Shown here piece after piece: positions 37,593 through 58,100 of a DNA stretch of 64,000 bases. The position numbers were made by a program, and so were the translations under genes. Origin of the DNA: Callorhinchus milii (taxonomy: Eukaryota). The notes under the pieces are model-generated. The model saw nothing but the letters and a program-made list of their open reading frames with translations, made no database searches and was not told where the DNA came from. Every line of letters starts with the position of its first letter. The first letter of the stretch is position 1. The stretch is from assembly GCF_018977255.1 (NCBI RefSeq), contig NW_024704750.1, forward strand, positions 7,688,001 through 7,752,000, in the 5' to 3' direction.

Positions 37593-40500
37593 TCAGTATA
37601 AATTATTCAGTAGTTCCCTGAAATTTTGAAGCTCTCGGATACTATTAGAAATCCTGGAAAGGAAAAAGAAATGATCGTGGGTATGTTTCTGAGATGATAT
37701 CATCTTGATAGTCTACATGTTCTGGTTAGTCATTGAAGTCAATACAAATGAACATTAATCACCGACACCACGGCAGACATCACCATTGGCACACGATAAT
37801 CTTATTTGGATTTGTAAAATTATGGATAACATGAATCTGCTACAAGCTCAAAATCAAAGCTAGATTTTGCCACATTTATGAATTTTAAAGGGCCCCAAAT
37901 GCACTAAGTTGCTCAGCACTGGATATAAAATCAAGGTATGGGAGAATTACTGGCAGTATGCTATTACTGGATCTCAGTCAAGTTAAGACTTTACCACAAG
38001 AGTGCCCTGTGGTAAGGGAAAACATTAGTAGGGCCTGCGCCTGATTCATGATCTGACAGCCCCTGCTGATGTCCACATATGTGGTTGCTGGGTAGATGCT
38101 GCGAAAGGATAGAATTGGGTTTCGCTGTGATGTTTATTCCAAGTTAAAAATAACCTGATACTTATGATCAAAGCTCAAATATGAATAATGTATATTTTTG
38201 TTGTGTAACTTGCATTTAAAAACAGGTAATGTGGACAAACAGTCGCCAATGAAATTAACCACACAGTAGTTGTGAAAAATCTGACCTTCCAAAAGCGTTA
38301 AGAAGTGCAACTATTTCTTGCCGAGTTAGTTGAAATCTTTGCGATGGTCCAGAGTCTGGTAATTTGTTTATCTGCTTCTCAGAGAACAGGATCCTCAGAG
38401 CGGTACCCAATCCCTGGGTCTGTAAGAGTTGCACAGCATCAACTAACAACAGCTCAGCAACAACAGCAAACAATATTTTTTTTGTTATTGTTCATTTTAA
38501 ACGCACCTGAAGTTTTCCCCACAGTCTACACTTAAAGCAACCGACACAATCCATTATTCTTGAAATGTTTTTGAAATGTAGCCGAAATTCTTCCTGTAAA
38601 AAGACAAAAACTTGCAGATTATTTTTCTTAGTCATTTCAGTAAAGTTAATGTCAACATTTTTGTCACTTTTTAAAAAAAATAAGTTCTCTCCCCACTCCC
38701 ACACTTAAATATCTAGCAGAACAAACTCAAAATGAAGCAAAGCTCTTGGCTGTTCTTATTAAGGTATTATTTGATGCATTAAAAAGTGCTAACAGTTTTC
38801 TGCACAGACTTGGGATGCGTGTAAGTATGTAATAAATGTTTATGTAGAATTGAACCCAGGATTTTCAATTTAAAACAGGAGACTGATGAATGTTAAAGTG
38901 GTCAGGGTCTTAATTTCTGCATCATTGTCTGTGCAGCAGGAGGCAGTCTTATTAATGAATGACTTTCACTTCCCGAGATCTACGAAATGTAAAGAACAAT
39001 ATCAATCAACCGCCACCTTGAGTGTTTCAGCTTCCTTTTTTTCCCCAGCAAACAAGGAACTCTCATCGAAGTGTGAGGGAAATGATCTGGAATTAGAACA
39101 TATTGTTAACACTTATCAATCATAAAAATCTACCAACAAGCTTATTTTACACCAAACTACACCTAATCGAATCTCTTTATTAGCCTCTTTATTAGAAGGC
39201 TAGATTTTACCAAACTATTACATACTTTGCCAAATGGAGGATTTCCAGTAAAAGCTTTTTATTTTCTGTATCCAGTGCTTTGTTGCCGGTATAAAGTTGG
39301 ATGCTGGAACGTTCAAAAAAGGGCAGCACCTTAGATAAAGCCCTCAGTTCGATCAAGTACAAAAAATAAAGGTTCTTGAGTCTGCGTGGCCCTTCTCCTT
39401 TGGTCATTTCTCCATCAAACCGCAGCTGAAATTCTGTGGCATTGTGCCCCCATTTTCTTTCATACCAAGTGTCTGCAAAGAAGTTTATTGCAGATAAGGT
39501 TAGAATTGAGAAGGGTGCGTAACGATTTACGTAGTTCATTGGTATAAATTGCAGTGAAATCTATTCCTGATGGAGTATTACATAAATTCATTGCAAGAAT
39601 TTATTTTCGCAATCGGCATTTGCATCATTGTGCAAAGCTGAAGTCTGTAAATCTGGCTGACCCAGGGAGATGTCAACTCCCTGGAAATACTGGTGGGTCA
39701 AGGCTGCAATAGACTCCACGCTATACTTCTAAATACTTCAGCCTCAGATTCAGCATATAATGTAACTTTTCATCATAGGATGCTGGAACACATAAGAAAG
39801 AGTACCCCAAAATGATTAATATATGTACCTCGTAAAAGATATCTTGAGCTGAGATGTATGTTAATGCTGGCATGCAAACCGGAAACTGTTCGGTAGAACG
39901 ATCGTTTCTCCAAGCACAATCCTAGAACAGAAAGTTCATTTTCATTTAATAACTAGGAGAGTTACACTATTGAAATGTAATATTGAAAGTCACAATTATA
40001 ATTGAATTATTCTATTATCTTAACTTGCAATGACTTTGACAAATGTTTTTTAAAAAATTAAATGGTGCAGTTTTACCTGCCTGTTTTGCCTAGGAACATA
40101 ACTATATATTGGTCAACGCAACATACACTCTTACCTTGAAGCCAATTATAGAAGGTTCGTCCTGTTGGGAAAAATGAAACAAAATCATGTTCATTGTAGT
40201 GTAGAATTTACAACAGCGTGACAATCTTAGGAGCACCTCAGCAGAAACTACATGTAACCCCAGGATTAATTACCAGTAAAGAAATTGACAAGATTTACGA
40301 ATCTGCACAAAATAAATATGGAACTTCAGCAAAAACAAATATAGATAGGATAAATATAGATAGGCTGCAGCATTAGAGTTCACTTTTAAGCTGTGCTGTC
40401 CCTTAGCAACAAAGACTGACTGGCGAGTTCGCCAAACTGGGAGCTGTCTTATGCAACAGCAGGACTGAATTTAACAAGTCAACAATTCACTACCCTGTAT

Positions 40501-43500
40501 ATTTTGAAACTTTAGCTTCTCACATGATTTCTAATGTAAACAGTACCAGAATTACTCTTTCAGAAGATTTTTGCAGTAAGAATTTTAGCCTATACACCAA
40601 AGAACTCTGATAATCGTTTAACAGGATTATTCTGAAAAAAGGAGAACCTTGTTCCTCCTCTCTTTGGGCATTGCCACCACCAGTAACTAATTCCAAGTAA
40701 AGCCTGAAGTTTGCCTCACAAAGGAACACTTCAATTCGTGGACTTTATGGGTAAGTAAGCAGATGAGCTATTTGATTCACTGTGTGATGATTAGTTTGGC
40801 TCAGTTGTTGAGCACTCTGGCCTCTAGGTCAAAAAGTTTTAAGTTGAATGCAAAAATTAGAAAATCAGCTGAAAACAGTACCAAGGAATGTTTAGGAGAT
40901 GAAACGAAATGAAATAGGAGCTTTTAGTTTTATCTTGAACAAATTTAACATATACACCAAGTACACCCAAACATACGCACACACAAACAGTCTTGCTCTT
41001 TTAAGATTTATAAGTGTTAGGGCCCTTATGAAGGGGTTAATTTAAAAGCATTTCAATCCAATGTTCTTCTGGTGATCAATCCCATATCCAAGACCTAACT
41101 GAAATACTGAATCATCCAGTTCTGAGAAAGAGGGCCGTTACCTTCATCACCTGCAAAAGAAGAAAATATCAGCTCAATAGGCTTTTGAATTTGATGAAAC
41201 ACCTTTGAATGGTTTACATTAGGGGTCTATTTCTTTTTGATTAAAAAAACCCACAGAATTCCTTGACTCCTGGTTAATTCCCATCAACCCAAAGGAATTC
41301 TGCTTCAGAATGAGATCACTTTATAGACTTATTGACTTATCGATTTTAAAATGTTGATTTTTAGTGAACATTAACTCACCTCTGCCAGGTACCATTGGGT
41401 TGAATGGTCTTCTAATGGAGTTTGGCCTGCAATGTGAAGAGAGTCATATGATAGACCTAGAAGGAGCTCAGCTCAAAAATCAGTATACAGAGGTCATTGA
41501 TGCAGCATGATTTGGCTCCAGTTATCCAAGTTAAGGCAATTCTCTTACACTTGCATATGCTGATTGAAATCAATAGCAATCGTCGCATTATTTCTTTATA
41601 TTTGGAAGACAACAAATTGTACCCTTCACATCATCAACAAAGCTAGATATTAGGTACTAAATATTTTTAGTATTCTATGATAGAGATTCCCATCGTCAGG
41701 CTCAGTGATTTCACCAAGCTAATTTCTCCAGCAGAGGTCATCACCCTCACTGTCTAAACATAAAAGTATTGGAAGATATTAAAGCAAATAACTTTCATTT
41801 TATTTTTATATAAGGATACTCATAGAGACACCAGTAAAAGCCTGGAATATTTTCACTGTTTTGCATACAACTTACTTAAAACAGTTTTCTTCATAGATGC
41901 TATTCCAGATTTTCCATGCTTCTGGACCTTTATAACCTGTGTAGCGTTCTGGGTTCAGAAGCAAATCCACATATTCAGCATCTGGAGAATATTCATCTGA
42001 GAAAAAAAAATGGTACCAGTCAGAATCAGATCCTTCACTCCTCCCCTCCCCCACGCCCCATCACTTCCATTTTCAAGCAATATCTGCTTGAAGTTCACAT
42101 TTCTCACACGCACACTGCAGACAATATAAGATACTTGTAAAGACAAGAGGTCTTACCATCAGCTTCACAGAAGTTATCTGAAGAGTCATCATGTCTAGTC
42201 CAGTCTAGCATTGCTTGTTTTGTTTCTTCACTGAACAATATTAAAAAGAATAATTGATCACATGTGGTTATGATACATATGTCAAACTTGTAGTAGAAAT
42301 GATTAACGAATGTCAAAGATTATATAGATCCCCCCAATTGCAGATATTTTCGAAACAAAGAAATTTATATCCTGCACAGCTATCTCAGCTACAATGGCAG
42401 TAAATAGCGAGGAGCCAAGTTGATGAAATAATTACCTCAAAGAATTGTTGACGGCTCCCAGCTTCTCTGTCTTTTCACATTCTCGTTCATCCTTGGAAAC
42501 AACATTTGCTTCTTCAGTGTACTAGGAGGTCACCGAATTAGATTTGTTAGTCAAAAGGTCGTTATAGTTATGATTGCGCATAAAGTATGGAAATAATTTT
42601 GAGAAACATAACTGCATTGTACAGTACTTTTCTGCCTCTTGCCTGATAAAGATATCATGATATGCTTACATTACAATGTTTATACTATATTGCTATCACT
42701 GATTCAGAAAGCATCTTGTGGTAGCTCCAAATACTGATATTTATTGCCAAGAGCTGCTCCAAGAAATAAAGGTCAAAATGAACTATTACATAAATAGGAA
42801 AACATGGCATGTGTACTAATAAAATTACAGAGCTCAGAATAGACACAAACAAGTCCACTCAAGCTTTTCCTTTGTGCTGTGGGGTGTGGTTCTGAATCCC
42901 TGGAACCTGTACATTGTGTGTTACTGTGTTTTGGCTTCTTCCTATTGATTGTTTTATTTATTCAACGGAGGAAAATAAATCATAATTGACAGGCAGCAAG
43001 TAGCAATAACCCAGTTTTTATTCCAATTTTACGAAGGCAACTGTAAATGTATCTTTTGCTTCCCTTAAACAAATGCCTCCGTGTTGTACCAACCTACCAA
43101 CCTGCCCGCTCCCTCCATTCAGCGGGCTCCAGCCTGCTCCATGTCTCACGCCCAACCCGCCCTACCATCGGTGAAGGGCTTTCAGCCTCTCTGGCCCCAC
43201 ACTCTGGAACTCCATCCCACAGTCCCTTCGCCTCGCTTCCTCCCCTGCCTCCTTCAAGGCCGGTCTCAAGACCCTCCAACAATTTTGTTGTTTTTGTAGA
43301 ATAGAGCATTAATAAAAGGTTATTTTGAAAAATAAAAAGTAATGTTTGAATGCTGAAGTATTTTTCAAACAATAAGGGTATTCAACATTAAAGTTCAAGG
43401 TTTTAGTACTGTACCTTAAAACTTGCTGATCTGATTCCTGCAGGCACTTCATCCTGAAGCAAACAAAAGTTGAACATTTTTGTGAAATGAAATGTAGTAG

Positions 43501-46500
43501 AAATAAAATTAGTGTCATTAAACTAGAAGAGGGAATGTGAAATTCTAGATTTACTACAACCCATAAGTTCTTATATTAGGTTACAAACTTTTATAAATGT
43601 AATTTTTAAAAAAACGAATTGTCACAAGCAAATTGGTTCGAAGAGTTTGAGCAAAAGACAGGAATCAGTGAGGTTGAGGAGATCAGAGTCAAAAGTGAGA
43701 AGACGTCGGCACGAGCAGAGAAGAATGACTTGAGATGCAGGAAATTGAGGCTCGTGCAGGACTTGATGTTTGACAATGCAGTTAGAACATCAGGGGAATT
43801 GGAATTAAGGAGTATGTCTTAAGTACACCTTTAGGCATACAACAAACGATATGTGTTGGGAGCTCGCCAAACCATACAGAGCAAGGTAACTGGGCCCTGT
43901 GGAGTGGTTTGAGACGTGAAGATAACACCTGATCCACTATTGGTCTATAGTTTGAAGCCTGGTTTGTGGGAGGAGGCTCCCTGGGACACACAGGTCACTG
44001 AACCGAAAACACAACTCACTCCCTACGCTATCTTTATAGGTTTGTCTTGAGAAAACCATGTGCGGGAAAAAGACTGTACTGAATCTGCTCACAACACCTA
44101 CTTTTCGACACTCTGCTCTATTGTTTTGACATTTTAATTAATTTATATTGAGTATCTAAAAAGGGCAATTGTCCAAAACACATTCCTTTCAATAACCTAC
44201 AAGGCATCCGATCTCACCATTGGGGAATTAAGAATTTAAATACAATGGACATTGGGATTATTTGGAAGAGGAAATAATTCCAATACCATCAACTTTCCTT
44301 TGAAAACATTGAAGTAAAATAATCTTACTGGTTCGCAAGCTTTGACAGCACAATCCCTCAGCCCACAATGGCTTTTGTCTGACCAGAATGGACAAGGCTT
44401 TTTTAAATTCACCTGAAAGGAAAGAGGGCAGAAAATAAAATCAGTCCCAAGTTTATCAACCATGTCAAACAATTGAACGTTTTATTAATCTGGATGTTGA
44501 AAATAATGGAAACGTACCTTGTAATATCTAAAGTAGTCACTGTTTAGCAGTTCTTCTAGTTTGGGGAAGATTTTGTTGTTGTTGAAATCATGAATCGTTT
44601 CAACATCACAAGTACAATCATTCAAGTATCCAGTTACCTACAGTTACAAATATTTTTTTAATGCCATAGTCTTTAATAAGCGGTGCTACCTTAGAAATAC
44701 AGCTACAATGTCCACAGTCACTACACTTTACAGTACATCCTGTGAAACGCTTTGAGATATTCTCCTAACTTGTAAAGCGCAATATCAAATGCAAGGATTA
44801 TAACTCTTAGTTGCCGTACACGGAGTACATCAAAGTCAATGAACACATTTTTAGTTTGTATCCAAGTGCAGGGCTGATCAGTGATCCTTCATCAGATAAA
44901 GATCAACAGTGACTGAAAATTCCAGCTTCACGAAGATAAAAAAGATATATTCAGGGACTTTCAAAGTCTAGCAATTATGTTTAGGGTTATTTTGGCAGGT
45001 CTAGAACATTCAACAATAAGGTTATCCCAAAACTTTAGTTTTACCCATTTGAAGGTTGACTGCCAAATGCTTTATAATAGAGTAGTGCTGGAGTTGATAG
45101 GATCCTGAAATAATTTGTAAAATATTCAAATTCCAAACAAAAGGGAGTCTTTGTTCTTTCAAAAGAGGTCAGATGCCACCACTGACTTTACAGGTACGGT
45201 CAATAATGGCATCTATTACGGGAAAGAAAAAGCTTCTCCTACATCTCTCAAGTGCAAGAGGTGTTTAAATAAGAAAGGTGCATGAGACCATTTGATCTCA
45301 TCCTTTGAGAGTACTAGCCTTCCATTTTCCTACTACACCATCAAGGGTACTATCTGCTCTCTGCATCTCTCTAGTTAAGCAAAACAGCAGTCACCAGATG
45401 CACAGTCAGCAAAACATAATCTTCCATTCATTTCAAGAGATCTAGCACTCAATGGAAAAAAATTAATGTGACAATAATTGGAAGATTACAATAGAAATAT
45501 CGATTACTTTAAACCAAAATTTTAAACATTTTTTTTACACCATTCATCCGCCCAGAACAAAAGGATAGCAAACTTGTGGCTGGACATTAATCCTCCAGAA
45601 AGTGTACACACCTCTCTGTCAACATTATAAACAATATAAATACATTTATTTTATTACGCATTCAGCGCTTTATAGAAAGCATTTCGTAACAGCCCTGGGA
45701 AAGTATGCTCCTGCTTATGGAGACACAAAAGTACTTATTGATGTTGCAATCCCAACCAATAATGCTCCCATTGATCCACTGTTAAAACACTACTCACTGA
45801 TTTTCCCAGAAGCGGCCTCTGGAAAACTATGCCATCTTCTACTGCTCGACAATCAATTGAAAACTCACTGTATTCACATAATCTGTTGCCTTTCCCAATC
45901 TATAATCTGGCAGTTTATCCCACCAGTGGCTTTGCAGAATTATACTGAGCAGACATGACATGACATGTGTTACTCCTGAAACCAATTTGCCACCAAATGT
46001 GCAGCATAAACACAGGATAAATGTGTCACTTCCATGAAATCTTCCAATTACCTAGAGTGCAAGCATTTTATATTTTACCTAAACCCAGCTACGAAAGTAA
46101 ATGCAAAAGACTCTACAAGTAACACAAATATCAACAGGGGTGTGTGTGTGTGTGTGTGTTCGTGTAATTCCAACTGGTTATAACTCTGTGGTGTGTTTTT
46201 GGATTTCCAAAATTAACTTCCTGAAAGAACTAACTCCATTCTGAGCAGAAAGTGACAGAGAGAGAGAGAGAGAGAGAGAGAGAATCCTAATTGTAAGCAT
46301 TGTAACCAAAAAAACAATAATAAATTGGTCATTTTCAATCTATGACTGTTTGTGGGACATTGCTGTGCGCAATTGGCTGCCGCGTTCGCCAACAAATATA
46401 CAGTCAATTCACTTTACAGCGTGTTCTGTGAAGCGCTTTGGGACGTCCTCCCGACGTGAAAAGCACTATATCAAATGCAAGGATTATTATTATTGTTACT

Positions 46501-47704
46501 ATTTGTATTCCATCAGTAAACGTAAGTGTAATTGTTACAGCACCGGATCTCGAAGTGGGAGGAGATGTCCTGGTGATAACACACTCTGCCTACGTGCTCT
46601 GTGAACCATCCGCACTTAGTCAAGAACCAGCCTGCAACTGTGCAGGACAACTCCTGCCCCAACCCATCAAGGACACCTCCCCATCACCAAAGCACCAAAC
46701 AAGGGACCTCTTGAGCAAAATTGCCTAGAGTGCAAGCATTTTATATTTTACCTAAACCCAGCCACGAAGGTAAATGCAAAAGACTCTACAAGTAACACAA
46801 ATATCAACAGGGGTGTGTGTGTGTGTGTGTGTTCGTGTAATTCCAACTGGTTATAAGTCTGTGGTGTGTTTTGGGATTTCCAAAATTAACTTCCTGAAAG
46901 AACTAACTCCATTCTGAGCAGAGAGTGACACAGAGAGAGAGAGGGAGAGAGAATCCTAATTGTAAGCATTGTAACCAAAAAAACAATAATAAATTGGTCA
47001 TTTTCAATCTACGACTGTTTGTGGGGCATTGCTGTGCGCAATCGGCTGCCGCGTTCGCCCACAAATATAACAGTCAATTCACTTTACAGTGTGTTCTGTG
47101 AAGCGCTTTGGGACGTCCTCCCGACGTGAAAAGCGCTATATCAAATGCGAGGATTATTATCATTATTACTGTTTGTACGTCATCAGTAAAGGTAAGTGTA
47201 ATCGTGACAGCACCGGATCTCGAAGTGGGAGGAGATGTCCTGGTGATAACACACTCTGCCTACGTGCTCTGTGAACCATCCACACTCAGTCAAGAACCAG
47301 CCTGCAACTGTGCAGGACAACTCCTGCCCCAACCCATCAAGGACACCTCCCCATCACCAAAGCACCACACAAGGGACCTCTTGAGCAAAACCCAATCATC
47401 CAGTTGTGCCCAAGGCAGGCCAACATGGTGTGGGACAAGGAACCCCTTGCGCTGAGACTGACACCTCTGCGCATCGCACAGCGATACAGGGCAATGAAGG
47501 ACAAGAGAGAAGAGCAGTTCGAGAAAGCAGCCCCTGAATTACAACCCAACAGGTCACAGAAAAGGATCGGCGGCTGCTCACCTGACAGAAACACCTCCGA
47601 GCAGCCGAGCCTCGCTGCATGTCGTTGCTCTGCTCGGTCCAACCTGGGGAGGCACTCAGCACTGCCGCAAACAGCAGCAGCAGCAGCAGCAGCAGAGCCT
47701 TCAT
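37593..47704 (-). CDS. ERO1A: ER oxidoreductin 1 alpha; 16 exons, 473 aa
   Basis: Exons 47582-47704 ([11 protein letters not shown] signal peptide...RCFCQ), 44518-44637, 44329-44412 ([15 protein letters not shown]), 43415-43453, 42436-42521, 42157-42230, 41876-41996 ([13 protein letters not shown]), 41380-41426, 41142-41150, 40135-40161, 39829-39921 ([12 protein letters not shown]), 39226-39472, 39017-39086, 38507-38593 ([16 protein letters not shown], CxxCxxC), 38286-38419, 37593-37653. Total 1422 nt. HLSSRY lacks the ERO1B-type extra Cys, and synteny also supports alpha. Confidence 0.96.
43088..43278 (+). mobile_element. L2 LINE fragment
   Basis: [19 protein letters not shown]...CTCTGGAACTCCATCCC; homologous to 21190-21410. 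Confidence 0.7.
43630..43800 (-). mobile_element. Degraded L2 reverse-transcriptase fragment
   Basis: Minus-strand [16 protein letters not shown] resembles the L2 motif LSDIKSWMxxNFLQLN. Confidence 0.45.
46306..46495 (+). mobile_element. 5'-truncated SINE in tandem duplication unit 1
   Basis: 3' half of the SINE with an (ATT)n tail. Confidence 0.85.
46976..47168 (+). mobile_element. 5'-truncated SINE in tandem duplication unit 2
   Basis: 3' half of the SINE with an (ATT)n tail. Confidence 0.85.
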
Positions 47705-48300
47705 CGTGGGATGATGTTGGTCAAAGCAGCAGCACATCCTTACAAACAAGCGATTGCAATCATAACGAGGGGTGTGGGGAGGGGTGTGGGGAGTGGGGGG
47801 GGGAAAAAAGTTAAACCAAGGAAACGTTATGCCACCAGAAAGGAACGGGCATCGGGGACAACTGGGTTTGACTCATTCAAAGTTTATTCTTTTAAAGCGC
47901 CTCCCCCCGCCTCCCACCTGGTGCATTGCTCTCTCCGACTTCCTTGTGTGTAACAGCAAATTTGCACGTCGCGATCTTTCCCTTCTTGGGCAATGAATAT
48001 TCACGGGAAGAGCGTCTCATTGGCTCACAATGTTTTTTTTAAAAAAAATATATATATTTTTTATATACACACACACACACAGCTGCTTTCCGCTCCTCCT
48101 TGAGGGCAACACACCGAAACCCACAACTTCCTTGAAAAGATTCTGGCGACGTGTTCTGTGTGCTTTTATGCACTTGCGGCAATGGGGCTGGCCGGCAGGG
48201 ACCGGGTCATTTTGTTTTAAAGGCCGTACAAGAAAATACAACGTGCATCTTCCCATGGTAGATCATTCGTTCAGGATGTGACTCGTATCTGGTGGTGTTG
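47400..48300 (-). promoter_or_regulatory. CpG-rich promoter and first exon of ERO1A, with RCGTG (HRE-core) motifs
   Basis: CpG enrichment around exon 1. ACGTG cores at 47965-47969 (-), 48149-48153 and 48241-48245. G-rich tract at 47769-47803. Confidence 0.6.
47672..47695 (-). repeat. (CTG)8 repeat in the ERO1A signal-peptide coding sequence (poly-Leu tract)
   Basis: (CAG)8 on the plus strand within exon 1. Confidence 0.85.
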
Positions 48301-49386
48301 TGTTGCGTTATGTTGTTCTCTTCCTGATCACTATGTGTGAGTGAGGATGAACCATTCAAGGGCGAAGGTTTATGATATCGCCAGCGGTTCTGCACTTAGG
48401 GAGCTGCAGTATATTCGGTCCAACTCACCCGTGGAGCTTGACAACAACAACCACAACGACAACAACAACAACAACAAATGACATTCTTCTATGAGGCGGA
48501 AGCAATTATCGAATGGAACTTGCAGTTTTCCTGGAATTTGATATCTAACCGCACAGGGTTGAGTAAAATTCGAGCTCCTTAACAGTTTGCTAGCAGTCAT
48601 TAATTCATTGTAATGTCTAAAAATTCAATCACGACATTTCATTTATGGGGAGAATGAACTTTTAAAATATATACTTATTTAAAATATCTAGGGGGTTCAT
48701 TAGATGAAACATATTTTCTACCCTAATAGAAAAAAATGAAATCACATAAATTCTTCAGCATTATTTACTTTGCCATGATAAGCACCATTGTCATTCAGGG
48801 GGGTCAAAACCTGCACTGTACACGTTGCCACCATTCTGATTAGTACGGTATACACATTAGGTGGTTTGGGACCACCATCAAGTACAAATATAACATATTT
48901 AACCAACAATGTCTTACTGTTTATCCCTTATGAGGTTTCTATTAATTTCATTAAAAAAATTCTGCAGTGCCTTAACTTGTAATTCTCATTGGACCCTCAC
49001 ACCAATCCAATGGATGCAATGTATAAATAAATGTAAAAGTAGCATAGGAAGGTGGTTTAACAACAGTGATGTGAAATTGCAAATGCTATATCAACTTTTC
49101 CCTCTTCGCACATGGCACAAATAGTCGTGGAATACTAGTAATACTATTATCCTATAGAAATTAGTTTAACATACTAGTGCATCTTATTGTTGGAAGACCG
49201 GATGGCATTCCAGACACATGGGATTTTCCACATGCAGGTGGCATACATACAGTAAGTGGAACTCCCAATTTGATTTGGATACTTTTAAGCATGGTGACAG
49301 GTTTGGGTGTGTGTCAGAGACTCAGTTATCAAAAAAAAAACTGGATGGCATCATGAATATTTAAGACCTAGAATAAACACTATATA

Positions 49387-49895
49387 AGAACATAAGAACA
49401 TAAGAATTAGGAGCAGGAGTAGGCCATTCGGCCCCTCGAGCCTGTCCTGCCATTCGATAAGATCAGGGCTGATCTTCAGACCTACCTCTAGTTACCTGCC
49501 CTATCCCCATATCCCCTAATCCCTCTGTTTTTTAAAAAATCTGTCAGTCTCAGCCTTGAAGATGTTCAAGGACTGAGCATCTACAGCCTTCTGGGCTGTT
49601 TCCTCAACTCTGTTCTAAAAGGCTGACCCTTAATTTTAAGACTGTGACCCCTGGTTATAGATTCTCCTACCGGGGAAACAGGCCCTCAGTGTCTACTTTA
49701 TCAGCCCTTTAAGGAAGTTATATGTTTCAATAAGATCTCCACTAATTCTTCTGTACTCTAGAGAATACAGCCCCAGTTTATTCAGCCTATCCTCATAGGT
49801 CAGTCCCCTCATCCCAGGAACTAACCGAGTGAATCTACACTGCAGCCCCTCGAGGGCAAGTATGTCCTTTTTTTAATAAGGAGACCAAAACTGGT
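49387..49895 (-). mobile_element. CR1-clade LINE 3' end between ERO1A and PSMC6
   Basis: (AAGAACAT)n terminal repeat, then TAGGAGCAGGAGTAGGCCATTCGGCCCCTCGAGCCTG, then ORF2 C-terminal remnants (RLGLYSLE-like). Confidence 0.8.
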
Positions 49896-49929
49896 CTTTA
49901 TATAGACCCAAACTATATTTTGCACCATG

Positions 49930-57000
<7,071 letters not shown>

Positions 57001-57372
57001 GTTAACCCTCCTTTTTGACTGGAATTGTACAGCTTTAAAGGGGTGCAAATGGAAACGTGTATCTTAAACAGAAGAGTGAAATCTGGATAATCTTTCTATA
57101 CTGTTTGGTTACAGGTATATAGTTTGCTGTAAATGGTAGGTAACGACTAATAGTGATGTTCTGACATATATATATGACAACTTGTTTCTATTGCTATCAT
57201 TTGTAACTGCTGGAAGATGTTTTTGAGAAGCAAAAGTTGCTGTTTGAGATCTGCCTGTATTAACAGTGTAACAGTGTCCTTTTGTATCCAAGATGACACT
57301 TAGGGGCTTTGTGGTACAAATGTTCAAATGCAAATATTTCGATCAGTTGTTTACAAATTTTCCCCCAAACTC

Positions 57373-57378
57373 AATAAA
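57373..57378 (+). terminator. Probable PSMC6 polyadenylation signal
   Basis: First AATAAA after the stop codon (~370 nt downstream), followed by U/GU-rich sequence. Confidence 0.6.
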
Positions 57379-58100
57379 ATTTAAATTTACAAGAATGAAA
57401 CTAGCTATGTCTTAAATGCATCGTAATATATTTTCTGTTCTGGCGTTGTGATTGCAGTGCGTCCATTTATATTCAATCTTAAAATAGATTCATTCAGTCT
57501 ACTTAATGTTTTTTTTAAATGTATGTAACACTACCATAACTGCCTTCATTATGAATGACAGAATCAATTGGATCAAACTAGAAATAGAATGTTTGGAATA
57601 TAGATTTTTCTGAAATGCCTGGTTCAGGTTGGTTCATTTAAAAACGTTGGTCTTGTATTATTTTTTACAACTGACAGTATAAGTACCAGCAACACAATAA
57701 ACCAAAATTGGCATTGTTTAATTTGGAGTTTTATTATGGATGGGGGTGTGGAGGAGTGGGAATGAATGGATGATATTTCAGGTGAAAAGTAGCCAAAAAA
57801 TGGGTTTTTTATGGTGGATTATAAATAACTACTGCTACTTGAATCTACTGCGAATCAATAGCAGCGTTGCACTGCTAGCAATCGTGCAGTGTTTGAATCC
57901 TAAAACTATTCCTACCCAACAGGTGGAGAGTGTTTCAGAGAATGGTTTACTCTTCATAGTGAATGTTAAAGAAGAACAGATTACATCATTGGAATAAAAC
58001 TATCTTTAAAGAAAGGGCACTGTTGGTTTTCTGTCGAGTCCACAATTTTCCCAAATAATAGCTTTCTGTGCATTCACTTCCAAAATGTTACATTTGATAA

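Larger units (their letters stand above)
46048..47390. repeat. Direct tandem duplication, two ~670-bp units (46048-46720; 46721-47390), in ERO1A intron 1
   Basis: Both units begin TT(A/G)CCTAGAGTGCAAGCATTTTATA and end GGGACCTCTTGAGCAAAA. Each contains (GT)n, (GA)n and a SINE 3' half. Confidence 0.95.

Noticed and set aside
46350-47455. Repeated ORFs [18 protein letters not shown] / [13 protein letters not shown]
   Set aside because: They are translations of the SINE tail inside the tandem duplication.
47990-48030. ERSE / ERSE-II-like motifs upstream of ERO1A
   Set aside because: GCAAT-N6-TCACG and ATTGG-C-TCACA do not fit CCAAT-N9-CCACG or ATTGG-N-CCACG.
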